Assembly (NCBI RefSeq): GCF_000011325.1
Contig: NC_003450.3
Coordinates: 1,680,001 to 1,712,000, forward strand
Direction of reading: 5' to 3'
DNA length: 32,000 nucleotides
Origin: Corynebacterium glutamicum ATCC 13032
GTDB lineage: Bacteria; Actinomycetota; Actinomycetes; Mycobacteriales; Mycobacteriaceae
Positions 9,198 through 20,504 of the stretch are shown in pieces. The first letter of the stretch is position 1; each line of letters opens with the position of its first letter. Under the pieces are notes generated by a model that searched no databases, had not been told where the DNA came from, and saw only the letters and a program-made list of their open reading frames with translations. The position numbers were made by a program, and so were the translations under genes.

Positions 9198-9779
9198 TTA
9201 GTCCTCTGGCATGTACTTGTTTTCGAGGTCGCGGAAGGTCGCAACCGCGCGCACCACATCTTCTCCATCGCGGGACTGGAAAGCCCACATGGGAACGAAT
9301 TCAAAGTCTGGAAGCTCCAAACGTGCCACGCTGCTGCCCTTGGGGAAAGACATGCCGTAGATGACAACCCATGGGTAGAAACGAGTTCCGATGAAGTTAC
9401 GCACCTCAACGCCGTCTTCGTTGGCACGCACGCGAGGGCGAGTCAGTCCCAAGAACACAAGAACGGAGAAGATGATGCCCAACGCTGGGAATGCCAGAGT
9501 GTCAACAAAGGTGACCGCTGCACCGGTGAAATCGACGTCCACCACGGCACCCATGAAGATGTGAACGGCCATGATGACAACCACGGCTACCCACGCGATC
9601 TTTTTCAGAAACTTTGTGGTCACCTCCAGCTCCCATGGCTTGGTTGTGGTGGTGCCAGCGAAAGCTGCGGTGTATTCCTGAATTTCCGCATCGCTGAGCT
9701 GTACCTTTGGCTTCCCGACAGCGCCCGAATGTGCGTTGTTGATGTTGTTCGTTGCTCCGTCGGGGGCGTTGGTTGTCAC
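9198..9779 (-). CDS. Conserved membrane protein with two TM helices and a bacterial PH-like C-terminal domain (function unknown)
   Basis: 193-aa ORF with a GTG start at 9779 preceded by AAGGA. Two hydrophobic segments are present (IAWVAVVVIMAVHIFMGAVV and LAFPALGIIFSVLVFLGL), followed by a soluble domain. The position directly after ribH is what I recall for actinobacterial Rv1417-like proteins. I cannot confirm the domain assignment without an HMM search. Confidence 0.7.
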   Translation of the reverse strand: MTTNAPDGATNNINNAHSGAVGKPKVQLSDAEIQEYTAAFAGTTTTKPWELEVTTKFLKKIAWVAVVVIMAVHIFMGAVVDVDFTGAAVTFVDTLAFPALGIIFSVLVFLGLTRPRVRANEDGVEVRNFIGTRFYPWVVIYGMSFPKGSSVARLELPDFEFVPMWAFQSRDGEDVVRAVATFRDLENKYMPED

Positions 9780-9865
9780 GATTTCACAAATCCTTAGAAC
9801 TAATTAGCGGTGGCGCGCATCCTGCTAGGCATTAAACCGAGGCGTCAAACCTTTTAAAGAACAGT

Positions 9866-11625
<1,760 letters not shown>

Positions 11626-11635
11626 GTTGTCTAAC

Positions 11636-12271
11636 CTAGTCTCTCGTGAAATCGGTGTAGTCATTGGGAGTGTTTCCAGCCACGCCGCGCGTCATCATGC
11701 GTTCGACGTACTTAGCGATCACATCAACCTCAATGTTTACGATATCCCCTACCGCCAGTTCGCCGTGGGTGGTGTCGCGCAAGGTGGTGGGAATCAGGGA
11801 AACCTCAAACCAATCATCACCCAAAGACGATACAGTCAAGGATGTGCCATTGAGTGCGATGGAGCCTTTTTCCACCACATAGCGAGCCAAATCAGCTGGC
11901 AGCTCAAAACGCAGAACATCCCAGTTCTCTGAGCTGGTGCGCTTGATCAGCGAGGTGGTGGCATCAACATGGCCTTGCATGATGTGTCCACCCAGACGGC
12001 CATCGGCTGCCATGGCGCGCTCAAGGTTGACTTTGCTACCGGTGGATAATGCGCCCAGGGAGCTGCGATCTAAGGTTTCCTGCATGAGGTCTGCAGTGAA
12101 ATGTCCCTCGCCAAAGGACGCCACTGTCAAGCACACACCATTGACAGAAATGGAATCCCCCAAATGCACACCCTCTAAAACGGTGGACGCGGAAATCTGC
12201 ATCCGGATGGAATCTCCCAGATGTTCCACGCCTGCAACGGAGCCAAGCTCCTCGACAATACCTGTGAACAT
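11636..12271 (-). CDS. ribE: Riboflavin synthase alpha chain
   Basis: 211-aa ORF beginning [10 protein letters not shown], with the internal duplicated barrel repeat. Its ATG directly abuts the ribD TAA (TAAATG). Confidence 0.95.
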   Translation of the reverse strand: MFTGIVEELGSVAGVEHLGDSIRMQISASTVLEGVHLGDSISVNGVCLTVASFGEGHFTADLMQETLDRSSLGALSTGSKVNLERAMAADGRLGGHIMQGHVDATTSLIKRTSSENWDVLRFELPADLARYVVEKGSIALNGTSLTVSSLGDDWFEVSLIPTTLRDTTHGELAVGDIVNIEVDVIAKYVERMMTRGVAGNTPNDYTDFTRD

Positions 12272-13258
12272 TTAGTGTTCCTTTCTCATCATTTCTATCA
12301 ATACATCTGAACCCAACTGTCTCACGGACGTGGTGTCAAAACGCATAATCTGATCCATCGTGGTTTCTTGTGGCCAGTTAATCACTGATCGTCCAGCGCC
12401 CAACAAAGCGGGGGCAACATAGGCCTGCACCTGATCAACAATGCCTAAGCGCAGCGCTGCCCCAGCTAACGTTGGGCCACCTTCGATTAAAATGTCTCGG
12501 CACCCTTTATCCCACAGCGCTGATAAAGCCTCTGGTATTCCCGCGTACTGCTCATATCCCAAGCGAGCCAAGTTGGAATCTGCTGGAACCTCGCGGGAGC
12601 CAATAACAACGCGCCTGGGTTGATTTTCATAAAGACCCGTATCGGTCCGCGCCGTCAAGGAGGGATTATCAGTCAACGCAGTACCGGTACCCACGATGAT
12701 CGCATCTCTTTTACTTCGATCTTCGTGCACAAACGCCCGCGCATCCGGCCCGGTAATCCACTGGCTGGTGCCATCGGTGGCACCAGCAAAACCGTCCACG
12801 GTGGACGCAAACTTCAACGTGACATGGGGCCTGCCCAGACGCGTCGCAACCAGCCAGGGCTCCAGTGCCCTGATCCGCTCATCTAAAAAATGCGTATCGA
12901 CGCCCGCCTCCGCCAAAAAGGCACCGCCCCCAGCGGCTGACGGGAAGGGATCCGCATTGGCGTAAAACACGTGTGCGATCCCGGCGTCGAGAAGCGCCTT
13001 GGAACATGGACCCGTGCGGCCGTAATGGTTGCACGGCTCGAGGGTGACCACCGCCGTGCCCCCGTTGGCACGCACTCCGGCAGCTGCAAGCGCCACCACT
13101 TCGGCGTGCGGGCCACCAGGAGGTGCCGTGGCGCCAACGCCAACGACCTCGCCGTCGGCGTCCAAAATGACAGCGCCGACTGGCGGATTAGGGCTGGTGG
13201 TGCCTCGGACTTGATCTGACACGTGGTGGGCCAGATCTAACGCGTGCGCAACATCCAT
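12272..13258 (-). CDS. ribD: Bifunctional diaminohydroxyphosphoribosylaminopyrimidine deaminase / 5-amino-6-(5-phosphoribosylamino)uracil reductase
   Basis: 328-aa ORF with the CMP/dCMP-type zinc motifs HAEVVAL and PCNHYGRTGPC, plus a C-terminal reductase domain. Its ATG directly abuts the rpe TAA. Confidence 0.95.
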   Translation of the reverse strand: MDVAHALDLAHHVSDQVRGTTSPNPPVGAVILDADGEVVGVGATAPPGGPHAEVVALAAAGVRANGGTAVVTLEPCNHYGRTGPCSKALLDAGIAHVFYANADPFPSAAGGGAFLAEAGVDTHFLDERIRALEPWLVATRLGRPHVTLKFASTVDGFAGATDGTSQWITGPDARAFVHEDRSKRDAIIVGTGTALTDNPSLTARTDTGLYENQPRRVVIGSREVPADSNLARLGYEQYAGIPEALSALWDKGCRDILIEGGPTLAGAALRLGIVDQVQAYVAPALLGAGRSVINWPQETTMDQIMRFDTTSVRQLGSDVLIEMMRKEH

Positions 13259-13918
13259 TTACTGCGCGAGTGCTCGCAACTCCTGGATCGCCTTGTTGGG
13301 ATCCTCAGCGCCGTACACAGCGGAACCTGCAACGAAGGCATCCACGCCAGCGTCGGCAGCCTGCTTGATGGTCTTGGCGCTAATGCCGCCGTCGATCTCG
13401 ATGACGGTGTTCAGACCGCGCTCATCGATGACCTTGCGCAGGGTACGAACCTTTTCCAGTTGTTCAGGCATGAAGCTTTGGCCACCGAATCCAGGCTCGA
13501 CGCTCATGACGATGACTTCATCGAAGTGCTCGAGGTCATCCAAGTAATCCTCGATGGGAGTTCCAGGGCGCAGGGAGAAACCTGCACGCACACCCTTGGA
13601 ACGGATGTACTTAGCCAACTCAACGTGACCTTCGGTGGCTTCAACGTGGAAAACAATGCAGTCCGCGCCAGCGTCGATGTAGTTGTCCACCCACTTCTCT
13701 GGGTTTTCGATCATCAGGTGGACGTCTAGTTCTTTGTCCGTAACGCGGTTGACCGCAGCTGTGATATCCGCGCCAAAGCTCAAGTTTGGAACGAAGTGTC
13801 CGTCCATGATGTCGACGTGAATCCAGTCAGCATCAGGAACAGCCAACACCTGCTCCCCTAAGCGGGAGAAATCAGCAGCAAGAATGGATGGGGCGATTAG
13901 TGGAGTACGTTGTGCCAT
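13259..13918 (-). CDS. rpe: Ribulose-phosphate 3-epimerase
   Basis: 219-aa ORF with IAPSILAADF, HVDIMDGHFVPN and VMSVEPGFGGQ motifs. Confidence 0.96.
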   Translation of the reverse strand: MAQRTPLIAPSILAADFSRLGEQVLAVPDADWIHVDIMDGHFVPNLSFGADITAAVNRVTDKELDVHLMIENPEKWVDNYIDAGADCIVFHVEATEGHVELAKYIRSKGVRAGFSLRPGTPIEDYLDDLEHFDEVIVMSVEPGFGGQSFMPEQLEKVRTLRKVIDERGLNTVIEIDGGISAKTIKQAADAGVDAFVAGSAVYGAEDPNKAIQELRALAQ

Positions 13919-13963
13919 GCCCTAAATCATAGCCCTCTTGTCTACCCCACTTAGCTCACAGGT

Positions 13964-15499
13964 CTACTTCTTTCGCAGCACTGCCACAAACATCGCATCG
14001 GTGCCGTGGCGGTGTGGCCACATCTGCACTGATTTCTCATCGCCGGTATCGGTCATGCCTGGCATGAACTCCGCAGCCTCAAGCTCTTCGATCTCCAGAG
14101 CCCCCAGTGCCTTGTCCACGATTCCGCGGGTTTCACGCAGATCAGGTGAACATGTGGAGTACACAATCACGCCACCGGAACGCACCTTGTTCACAGCGGA
14201 TTCAAGCAGCTCGTACTGCAGGGTGTTGAGCTCAACAATGTCGCTTTCCTGCTTGCGCCAACGCGCCTCAGGGCGACGACGCAGTGCACCCAAACCAGAA
14301 CACGGCGCATCGACTAGCGCACGATCGTAACCACCGGTCAAGTTGATGGTGCGGCCATCGCCCACATGAACCTTGACGGGCAAACCACGCACGGACTTTT
14401 CAATCAGTCGGGCACGGTGATCAGAGACCTCCACGGCATCAACGGTGGCACGATCCATGCGAGCCAACGCACCAATGAGCGCCGCTTTACCGCCAGGACC
14501 TGCACACATATCCAGCCAACGGCCGGCATCGGTGCCCTCCACGGGGATTTCCACCAAGGCGCGAGCAATCAGCTGAGAACCCTCATCTTGCACTGCTGCA
14601 AGACCATCCTTCACTGGCTCAATATCACCCGGGTCGCCACCCTCGAGGTACACCGCGTATGGGGAATACTTGCCCTCGTCACCACCGGTGATCAGCGCCA
14701 ATTCCTCTGCACTGATCTCACCTGGGCGAGCCACCAAGTGCACCACTGGGCGCTCAGAGTCCGCAGCAAGCGCTGCTTCCAACTCATCTGCCGGGAGCAC
14801 CTGTGAGAAACTCTGCGCAATCCAGCGTGGGTGCGCAGTACGGAACGCAACGCGAGCCAACTCTTCCGCGGGCTCCAATTCCTTCAACCACTGCTCTGGT
14901 TCCTTGCGCGTGATGTTGCGCAAAATTGCATTGGCAAAACCAGTGGCCTGGAATTTCTTCAGCCCACCGACCATCTTTACTGAAGTATCGACCGCAGCGT
15001 GATCCTCCACGCGGGTAAACATCACCTGGTACGCGCCCAAACGCAGCACGTCCAAAACCTCTGGATCAATATCAGACAGTTCACGCCCAGATGCAGCCTT
15101 AATGACCTCATCCAGCAAGCCGACATTACGCAAGGTGCCGTAGGTAATTTCCGTAGCAAAGGCCGCGTCACGGCCAGAAAGATTGTGCTTGCTCAGCAGT
15201 CGTGGCAACACCAAGTTGGCATACGCCTCACCGGTACGCACACGATCAAGCACCTCAAACGCAATTTCTCTCGGCTTATCGACGCCCAGAGCCCTCACTT
15301 CCCTGGCCTGCGCAGGGGGCTTGCGGTTTCCGCCGCCTTTGCCACTGCTTTGGCCCTGGCGCTGCCCCTGACTCTGCCCCTGCCCCCGAGCCGGGGCCTT
15401 CTTTGACGGAGATTTACGCGCCTGCGGCTTCTGCTTAGCAGGTTCCTGCTGCGCTTTTGGAGTCCTGGAGCGGAATCCGCCGGATTTTTCTAGGCTCAT
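13964..15499 (-). CDS. rsmB: 16S rRNA (cytosine-C5) methyltransferase RsmB/Sun family, with a basic low-complexity N-terminal extension
   Basis: 511-aa ORF with a NusB-like domain, the SAM motif DMCAGPGGKA and catalytic-Cys motifs DAPCSG and YSTCS. ATG at 15499 overlaps the fmt stop (ATGA). Downstream alternative starts cannot be excluded. Confidence 0.9.
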   Translation of the reverse strand: MSLEKSGGFRSRTPKAQQEPAKQKPQARKSPSKKAPARGQGQSQGQRQGQSSGKGGGNRKPPAQAREVRALGVDKPREIAFEVLDRVRTGEAYANLVLPRLLSKHNLSGRDAAFATEITYGTLRNVGLLDEVIKAASGRELSDIDPEVLDVLRLGAYQVMFTRVEDHAAVDTSVKMVGGLKKFQATGFANAILRNITRKEPEQWLKELEPAEELARVAFRTAHPRWIAQSFSQVLPADELEAALAADSERPVVHLVARPGEISAEELALITGGDEGKYSPYAVYLEGGDPGDIEPVKDGLAAVQDEGSQLIARALVEIPVEGTDAGRWLDMCAGPGGKAALIGALARMDRATVDAVEVSDHRARLIEKSVRGLPVKVHVGDGRTINLTGGYDRALVDAPCSGLGALRRRPEARWRKQESDIVELNTLQYELLESAVNKVRSGGVIVYSTCSPDLRETRGIVDKALGALEIEELEAAEFMPGMTDTGDEKSVQMWPHRHGTDAMFVAVLRKK

Positions 15500-16443
15500 T
15501 GGAATTTCGCTTCCTGATCAAGTTGGACACCACGCGCCCAGTCTGCTGCATTCATCATTTTCTTTCCCGGGGGTTGGATATTGCCCAGAACAATTGGTGT
15601 GGTGCCCGTTCCGACCACCACGGAGTTCTTTTGCGCCAGGATGGCGCCAGGCGCCAAGTCCGCTGCTACTTCGACCTCGCCTGAGTGGCTGATGGGCCCG
15701 ACCTTGAGGCGGGCGTCGACAAGCGTGGTCCATGCGCCAGGTCCTGGGGTATGTGCCCTGATGTGGCGGTCGATGACCTCGGCGGGCTTCGACCAATCAA
15801 TCTGCGCGTCCTGGGTGGTGATTTTTGAGGCGTACGTGGCCTCGCCTTCCTGGGCGCGCGGGGTGATTGTGCCCTGCTCCAGGCCAGTCATGGTCTCAAC
15901 CAGCAGGTCACCGCCTGAATACGCCAGGCGAGTAAGAAGATCATCCGCAGTATCGGTGGGCTGAATTGTGTCCTCGATGGTGGACAAAATCACGCCGGTA
16001 TCCAGGCCCTCATCAATGCGGAAGGTCGTGGCACCAGTGATCTGATCGCCTTCACGGATCGACGCCTGAACCGGCGCCGCCCCACGCCATGCAGGAAGCA
16101 AAGAAAAGTGCAGATTCACCCAACCGTGTGGCGCAACATCCAGCAAATCCTTGGTGATCAGCTGTCCGTATGCCACCACCGGCAAGCAATCGGGGGCAAG
16201 CTCAGCCAAGCGCTGACGGATTGCTTGGCCATCTTCCGTATCAGCCTTCAGGGAGGTGGGCTTTAACACCTCAATACCGTGCTGCTGTGCAAGCTCCGCG
16301 ACAGCTGAAGGATGCAGCGTACGACCACGGCCGCGACGTGCATCTGGTTGCGTCAACACAGCGACGACCTCATGATCGGAATCAATGAGCTTTTGCAGTG
16401 CCACCACTGCAGGTTCCGGAGTTCCGGCAAAAACTAGGCGCAT
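15496..16443 (-). CDS. fmt: Methionyl-tRNA formyltransferase
   Basis: The track ORF (to 16527) is trimmed to the ATG at 16443 (MRLVFAGTPEPAV...), preceded by GGAAAGGG and lying 19 nt after the def stop. This gives 315 aa. The HFSLLPAWRGAAP motif is present. Confidence 0.94.
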   Translation of the reverse strand: MRLVFAGTPEPAVVALQKLIDSDHEVVAVLTQPDARRGRGRTLHPSAVAELAQQHGIEVLKPTSLKADTEDGQAIRQRLAELAPDCLPVVAYGQLITKDLLDVAPHGWVNLHFSLLPAWRGAAPVQASIREGDQITGATTFRIDEGLDTGVILSTIEDTIQPTDTADDLLTRLAYSGGDLLVETMTGLEQGTITPRAQEGEATYASKITTQDAQIDWSKPAEVIDRHIRAHTPGPGAWTTLVDARLKVGPISHSGEVEVAADLAPGAILAQKNSVVVGTGTTPIVLGNIQPPGKKMMNAADWARGVQLDQEAKFQ

Positions 16444-16462
16444 GAAGTGCCCTTTCCACTCA

Positions 16463-16972
16463 TTATTTGTTAAACCATGCAGACGCGCGAATAACGCCCA
16501 TGGCTGCTTTACGTTCAGCTGGATCAAGGCGCTTCAAAAACAGCACGCCATCAAGGTGATCAGTTTCGTGTTGGATGCACCTGGCCAACAATCCATTGGC
16601 CACAAACCCCACTGGATTGCCGTCGCGGTCCTGGCCAGACAGCCGAACCGTTTCATAGCGGGTGGTCTCAGCCGAGACATCAGGGATGGACAAACAGCCC
16701 TCTTTGCCAGTCTGGGTGTCCTCAGTGAGAGGCTCCCACACCGGGTTGATCACATGTCCGCGCAATCCACCCTCCTGGTGGGAGGTATCAAACACGAACA
16801 CGCGCCTTAAAACACCCACCTGGTTTGCTGCTAGACCAACGCCACCGGCATCTTCCATGGTGTCAAACATGTCATCGATCAGGGTGGACAGTGATTCATC
16901 GAAGTCCACGACCTCATCTGCCCGACTCACAAGTACGGGATCTCCAAATAATCTGACTTCACGAACTGCCAT
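16463..16972 (-). CDS. def: Peptide deformylase
   Basis: 169-aa ORF with the three PDF motifs GVGLAANQ, EGCLSIP and QHETDHL. ATG is preceded by GAAGGAG. Confidence 0.96.
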   Translation of the reverse strand: MAVREVRLFGDPVLVSRADEVVDFDESLSTLIDDMFDTMEDAGGVGLAANQVGVLRRVFVFDTSHQEGGLRGHVINPVWEPLTEDTQTGKEGCLSIPDVSAETTRYETVRLSGQDRDGNPVGFVANGLLARCIQHETDHLDGVLFLKRLDPAERKAAMGVIRASAWFNK

Positions 16973-17080
16973 GGTTGTGGGAAGGCTCCTTCAACAATAA
17001 TTCCTATGGGTGGATGATCTTGTCTCCCCATCTTATATCCCACATGGGACACGACCCCATTAGGCCTTTCACCAGCAGTT

Positions 17081-19147
17081 TTATCCGATGTGAATCGGAT
17101 CCATCTGAATACGCAACGGCAAATCATTCTTCCTCACCGCACGCGCCACCTGGGCTGAGCGCAGCGCTCTACCCAACTCAGACCGCGGTCCCAATGGAGT
17201 TCTGATGAGAAGGCGCTGCGGCGGACCAAAGCGCTGCTCATCATATTCACCAGGCAAACTCACACCCGGTGGCAGATCAACAGGGCCGAGGACTTCAGCA
17301 TGATCGGGAAGCTCCGCCAAATCCAAGAAACTTTCCAATGCAGCGGTAGCCCCATCGATTGCTGCCATGTGTACAGAAGGCGGGAACATAACCTCGCGTC
17401 GGCTAGCCAACTCTTGCGCTGCAGCACCTGCCATATCCCACCGAATCAACGATTGCACAGCAGGAAACGATGGATCTGCAACCACGATGACTTGACCCTG
17501 GTGCAGATGAGAATGCACCAGCGTGGCCGCCGCTGCCCACTTGTGCAGCGCGTCCTCCATGGCGCGCAGATCTTGCCGACCCATCAACGCCCAGGTATCC
17601 AGCAATAACAAGGCACCGTAAGCGCCCTTGTGCTCTGGTTTCTCCGATTTCTCTGGTCTCTCCGGCGAGTTGGCCACAAAAGGTTCTGCACCTGGCGTGG
17701 ACACCACAATGCTGGCTCGGTTTTCCACCGAATCCACCACCTTGTTGCCACCAGAGGTAATTACCCGCACAGACGGGAACGCGCGGCCCAGTTCTTCTGC
17801 TGTGCGTTCCGTTCCCAGCACCACAGCACGCAGTTTTGGAGAGCCGCAGTTTTGGCACTTAAACCGCGAATCAGGGCGTCCGCACCATCGGCAAGTGGGC
17901 ACTCCCGCTAGATCAGAGCTTCCCTGGGGAAGTCCCACAGGCCCATTACAGTGCCGGCACCGCGCTGGGGTGCGGCAGTTTCCACACGCCAAGGTTGGCA
18001 CGTAGCCTTTCCTTGGTACCTGGATAAGCGCTGGTTGATCACGTTCTAAGGCGCTGCGCACCGCATGAAACGCAATGCCAGGCAGCCGCGCTGATCGGGC
18101 CATTGGATCGCGTTCCATCTGGAAATCGGAATCGCCCACTGCCTGAATACGCGGCATCCTAGTGCGAATGGTATCCCTCGGTGCGATGAGATTGTGCATC
18201 CATCCCGATTCCACCAGCAATTGGGTTTCCGCGGTCCGCGCATGTCCCGCAATAATCAAGGAGCTTGCTTCCAAACTGGAACGCGTGGTCAGCACTTCCC
18301 TGGCGTGGGCATAGGGCGCTCTAGGATCAACGAGGTTGTCGTCGCCATCATTTAAAATGACGGCCAGTTTCAGATCCTTCACGGGTGCAAAAGCGGCACT
18401 TCTGGTTCCAATAATCAGTCGTCCCTGCCCACTGAGTACCGATAGGAAACGCCGATATCGTGCCTGCGGACCAAGACCTGAATTAAGCACAGTGATTTGT
18501 TTCGCCGCAACCAAACCTCGAAGCGCAGCTTCCAAGCGGTCGAGATCGCGCTGATCAGGCACTACGAGAAGCGCTCCGCCGCCGTCTTTGACAACCTTGA
18601 CCGCCAAAGAAGCCAAAGCCAGCGCCCAATCATCTCCGGGAGCAATCTGCCATGACGCCCGCGCAGTTGTTCCCGCCAAGACGGCGTCAACAAATGATTG
18701 ACCATGCTGATACGCAGACCACGACGATAAATCGGGTTCTTTAACCTCACCCAATGACTCCCACGACGTGGAGGTATCTGCCTCTTCTGCCCCAGCATGC
18801 CGCGCCGGTAGCGCCGAACGGATGAGATCCGAACGTACCCCGCCATAGCGATCACTGAGTTGCTCAATTAGCTTTGCTGTTTGAGGTGGATACACCACGA
18901 TCGGCGAAATCACCCGATCCAGCCACATCAGCTTTCCCTCGTGCGAGGTTTGCGCGGTGCGTGACATCACGATGGCATCAACTAAACGTCCACCAAAACG
19001 CACGCGCACCCGCACGCCAGGTTGCACATCATCGTGTTGGTCTTCGCTGATGCGGTAATCAAACAGTCGATCCAGGTGAGGTAACCCCAAAAGAGGTAAA
19101 ACCCGCGCCACCGACTTTTCAGGAGCGGGGACGCGGGTTTTTGCCAT
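17081..19147 (-). CDS. priA: Primosomal protein N' (PriA) homologue with degenerate helicase ATPase motifs
   Basis: 688-aa ORF with a PriA-like N-terminal DNA-binding region (VRVRVRFGGRLVDAIV), the Cys-rich zinc module (CGNCRTPARCRHCNGP...CRWCGRP...CQNCGS) and a PriA-like C-terminus. The Walker A, DExH and motif VI positions are not conserved (see findings). Confidence 0.88.
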   Translation of the reverse strand: MAKTRVPAPEKSVARVLPLLGLPHLDRLFDYRISEDQHDDVQPGVRVRVRFGGRLVDAIVMSRTAQTSHEGKLMWLDRVISPIVVYPPQTAKLIEQLSDRYGGVRSDLIRSALPARHAGAEEADTSTSWESLGEVKEPDLSSWSAYQHGQSFVDAVLAGTTARASWQIAPGDDWALALASLAVKVVKDGGGALLVVPDQRDLDRLEAALRGLVAAKQITVLNSGLGPQARYRRFLSVLSGQGRLIIGTRSAAFAPVKDLKLAVILNDGDDNLVDPRAPYAHAREVLTTRSSLEASSLIIAGHARTAETQLLVESGWMHNLIAPRDTIRTRMPRIQAVGDSDFQMERDPMARSARLPGIAFHAVRSALERDQPALIQVPRKGYVPTLACGNCRTPARCRHCNGPVGLPQGSSDLAGVPTCRWCGRPDSRFKCQNCGSPKLRAVVLGTERTAEELGRAFPSVRVITSGGNKVVDSVENRASIVVSTPGAEPFVANSPERPEKSEKPEHKGAYGALLLLDTWALMGRQDLRAMEDALHKWAAAATLVHSHLHQGQVIVVADPSFPAVQSLIRWDMAGAAAQELASRREVMFPPSVHMAAIDGATAALESFLDLAELPDHAEVLGPVDLPPGVSLPGEYDEQRFGPPQRLLIRTPLGPRSELGRALRSAQVARAVRKNDLPLRIQMDPIHIG

Positions 19148-19173
19148 GAATCCGAAGATACTACATCAGATTT

Positions 19174-20397
19174 TTAGGCCAACTTGAGGGCTGCGCGAAG
19201 TTCATCAACGCGGTCGATAGCCTCCCAAGGAAGGTCCAAATCAGTGCGACCAAAGTGGCCGTAGGCAGCAGTGTCAGCGTAGATCGGACGAAGCAGATCA
19301 AGCTCACGGATAATTGCTGCTGGACGCAGGTCAAAGACCTCCAACACGGCAGCCTGAATCTGCTCGTCGCTCAGGCCTTCCTTGTTGGTGTCAAAGGTTT
19401 CAACGTAAAGTCCGACTGGCTTTGCGCGTCCAATGGCGTATGCAACCTGAACTTCAGCGCGATCAGCAAGGCCTGCTGCCACGATGTTCTTTGCTACCCA
19501 ACGCATGGCGTATGCAGCAGAGCGGTCCACCTTGCTTGGATCCTTACCGGAGAATGCTCCACCACCATGGCGAGCCATGCCACCGTAGGTATCCACGATG
19601 ATCTTGCGGCCGGTCAGACCCGCATCACCCATGGGGCCACCCAGAATGAAGGAACCTGAAGGGTTGATCAACACGGTGATCTCACCGGTTGCCAGATCCT
19701 CAATGCCTGCGTCTTTGATTACCCAATCAATGACGTGTTCGCGCAGTTGGGTTTCCAACCATGCACGGTCAACTTCTGGGTCGTGCTGGGTGGAGATGAC
19801 AACGGTATCCAGGTGGCTAGGGCGGTCTTGCGCATCGTATGCGAAGGTGACCTGGGTTTTTCCGTCTGGACGCAGGTGAGGAACGATGCCCTCTTTACGA
19901 ACCTGGGTCAGACGACGTGACAGTCGGTGCGCCAACGCGATAGGAAGAGGCATGTACTCTTCGGTTTCGTTGGTGGCGTAGCCGAACATCAGGCCCTGGT
20001 CGCCAGCACCTGCGCGGTCGTCTTCTTCAACGTCGCCGTTGGTGCGGGCTTCGTCGGAGTTATCCACGCCGTCAGCGATTTCCTGGGACTGCTCACCGAT
20101 GGATACTGAGACGCCACAGGTGCGTCCGTCGAATCCAACCTCAGAGGAGTTGAATCCGATTTCGATGAGCTTGTTGCGGACTAATTGAGGGATCTCTACG
20201 TAAGCGCTGGTACGGACCTCGCCAACAACATGGACGATTCCGGTGGTGACCACAGTTTCCACTGCGACGCGCGACTGCGGATCTTTTTCGAGCAGCGCGT
20301 CCAAAATGGTATCGGAAATAGCATCACATATTTTGTCTGGATGTCCCTCAGTTACAGATTCACTGGTGAACAAACGGACGGCGGTTGGCTGAGCCAC
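19174..20397 (-). CDS. metK: S-adenosylmethionine synthetase
   Basis: The track ORF (to 20463) is trimmed to the GTG at 20397 ([26 protein letters not shown]), preceded by GAAAGAAGGG. This gives 407 aa. The upstream 22 codons are AT-rich spacer. Confidence 0.95.
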   Translation of the reverse strand: MAQPTAVRLFTSESVTEGHPDKICDAISDTILDALLEKDPQSRVAVETVVTTGIVHVVGEVRTSAYVEIPQLVRNKLIEIGFNSSEVGFDGRTCGVSVSIGEQSQEIADGVDNSDEARTNGDVEEDDRAGAGDQGLMFGYATNETEEYMPLPIALAHRLSRRLTQVRKEGIVPHLRPDGKTQVTFAYDAQDRPSHLDTVVISTQHDPEVDRAWLETQLREHVIDWVIKDAGIEDLATGEITVLINPSGSFILGGPMGDAGLTGRKIIVDTYGGMARHGGGAFSGKDPSKVDRSAAYAMRWVAKNIVAAGLADRAEVQVAYAIGRAKPVGLYVETFDTNKEGLSDEQIQAAVLEVFDLRPAAIIRELDLLRPIYADTAAYGHFGRTDLDLPWEAIDRVDELRAALKLA

Positions 20398-20455
20398 AAA
20401 TACCCTTCTTTCGAAGAAGTTGAGAATAAATAGTCTTAAATACAAAAAACCAATA

Positions 20456-20471
20456 TAGACCAAGCTGTCTA
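20456..20471. promoter_or_regulatory. McbR-type operator TAGAC-N6-GTCTA upstream of metK
   Basis: The sequence tagac-caagct-gtcta is an exact match to the published McbR palindrome TAGAC-N6-GTCTA. It lies 59-74 bp upstream of the metK GTG. As I recall, metK is a reported member of the C. glutamicum McbR sulfur/methionine regulon. Confidence 0.65.
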
Positions 20472-20504
20472 AAACTGCAATGTCAGTGGTCTAGCTGGAT
20501 TTTT

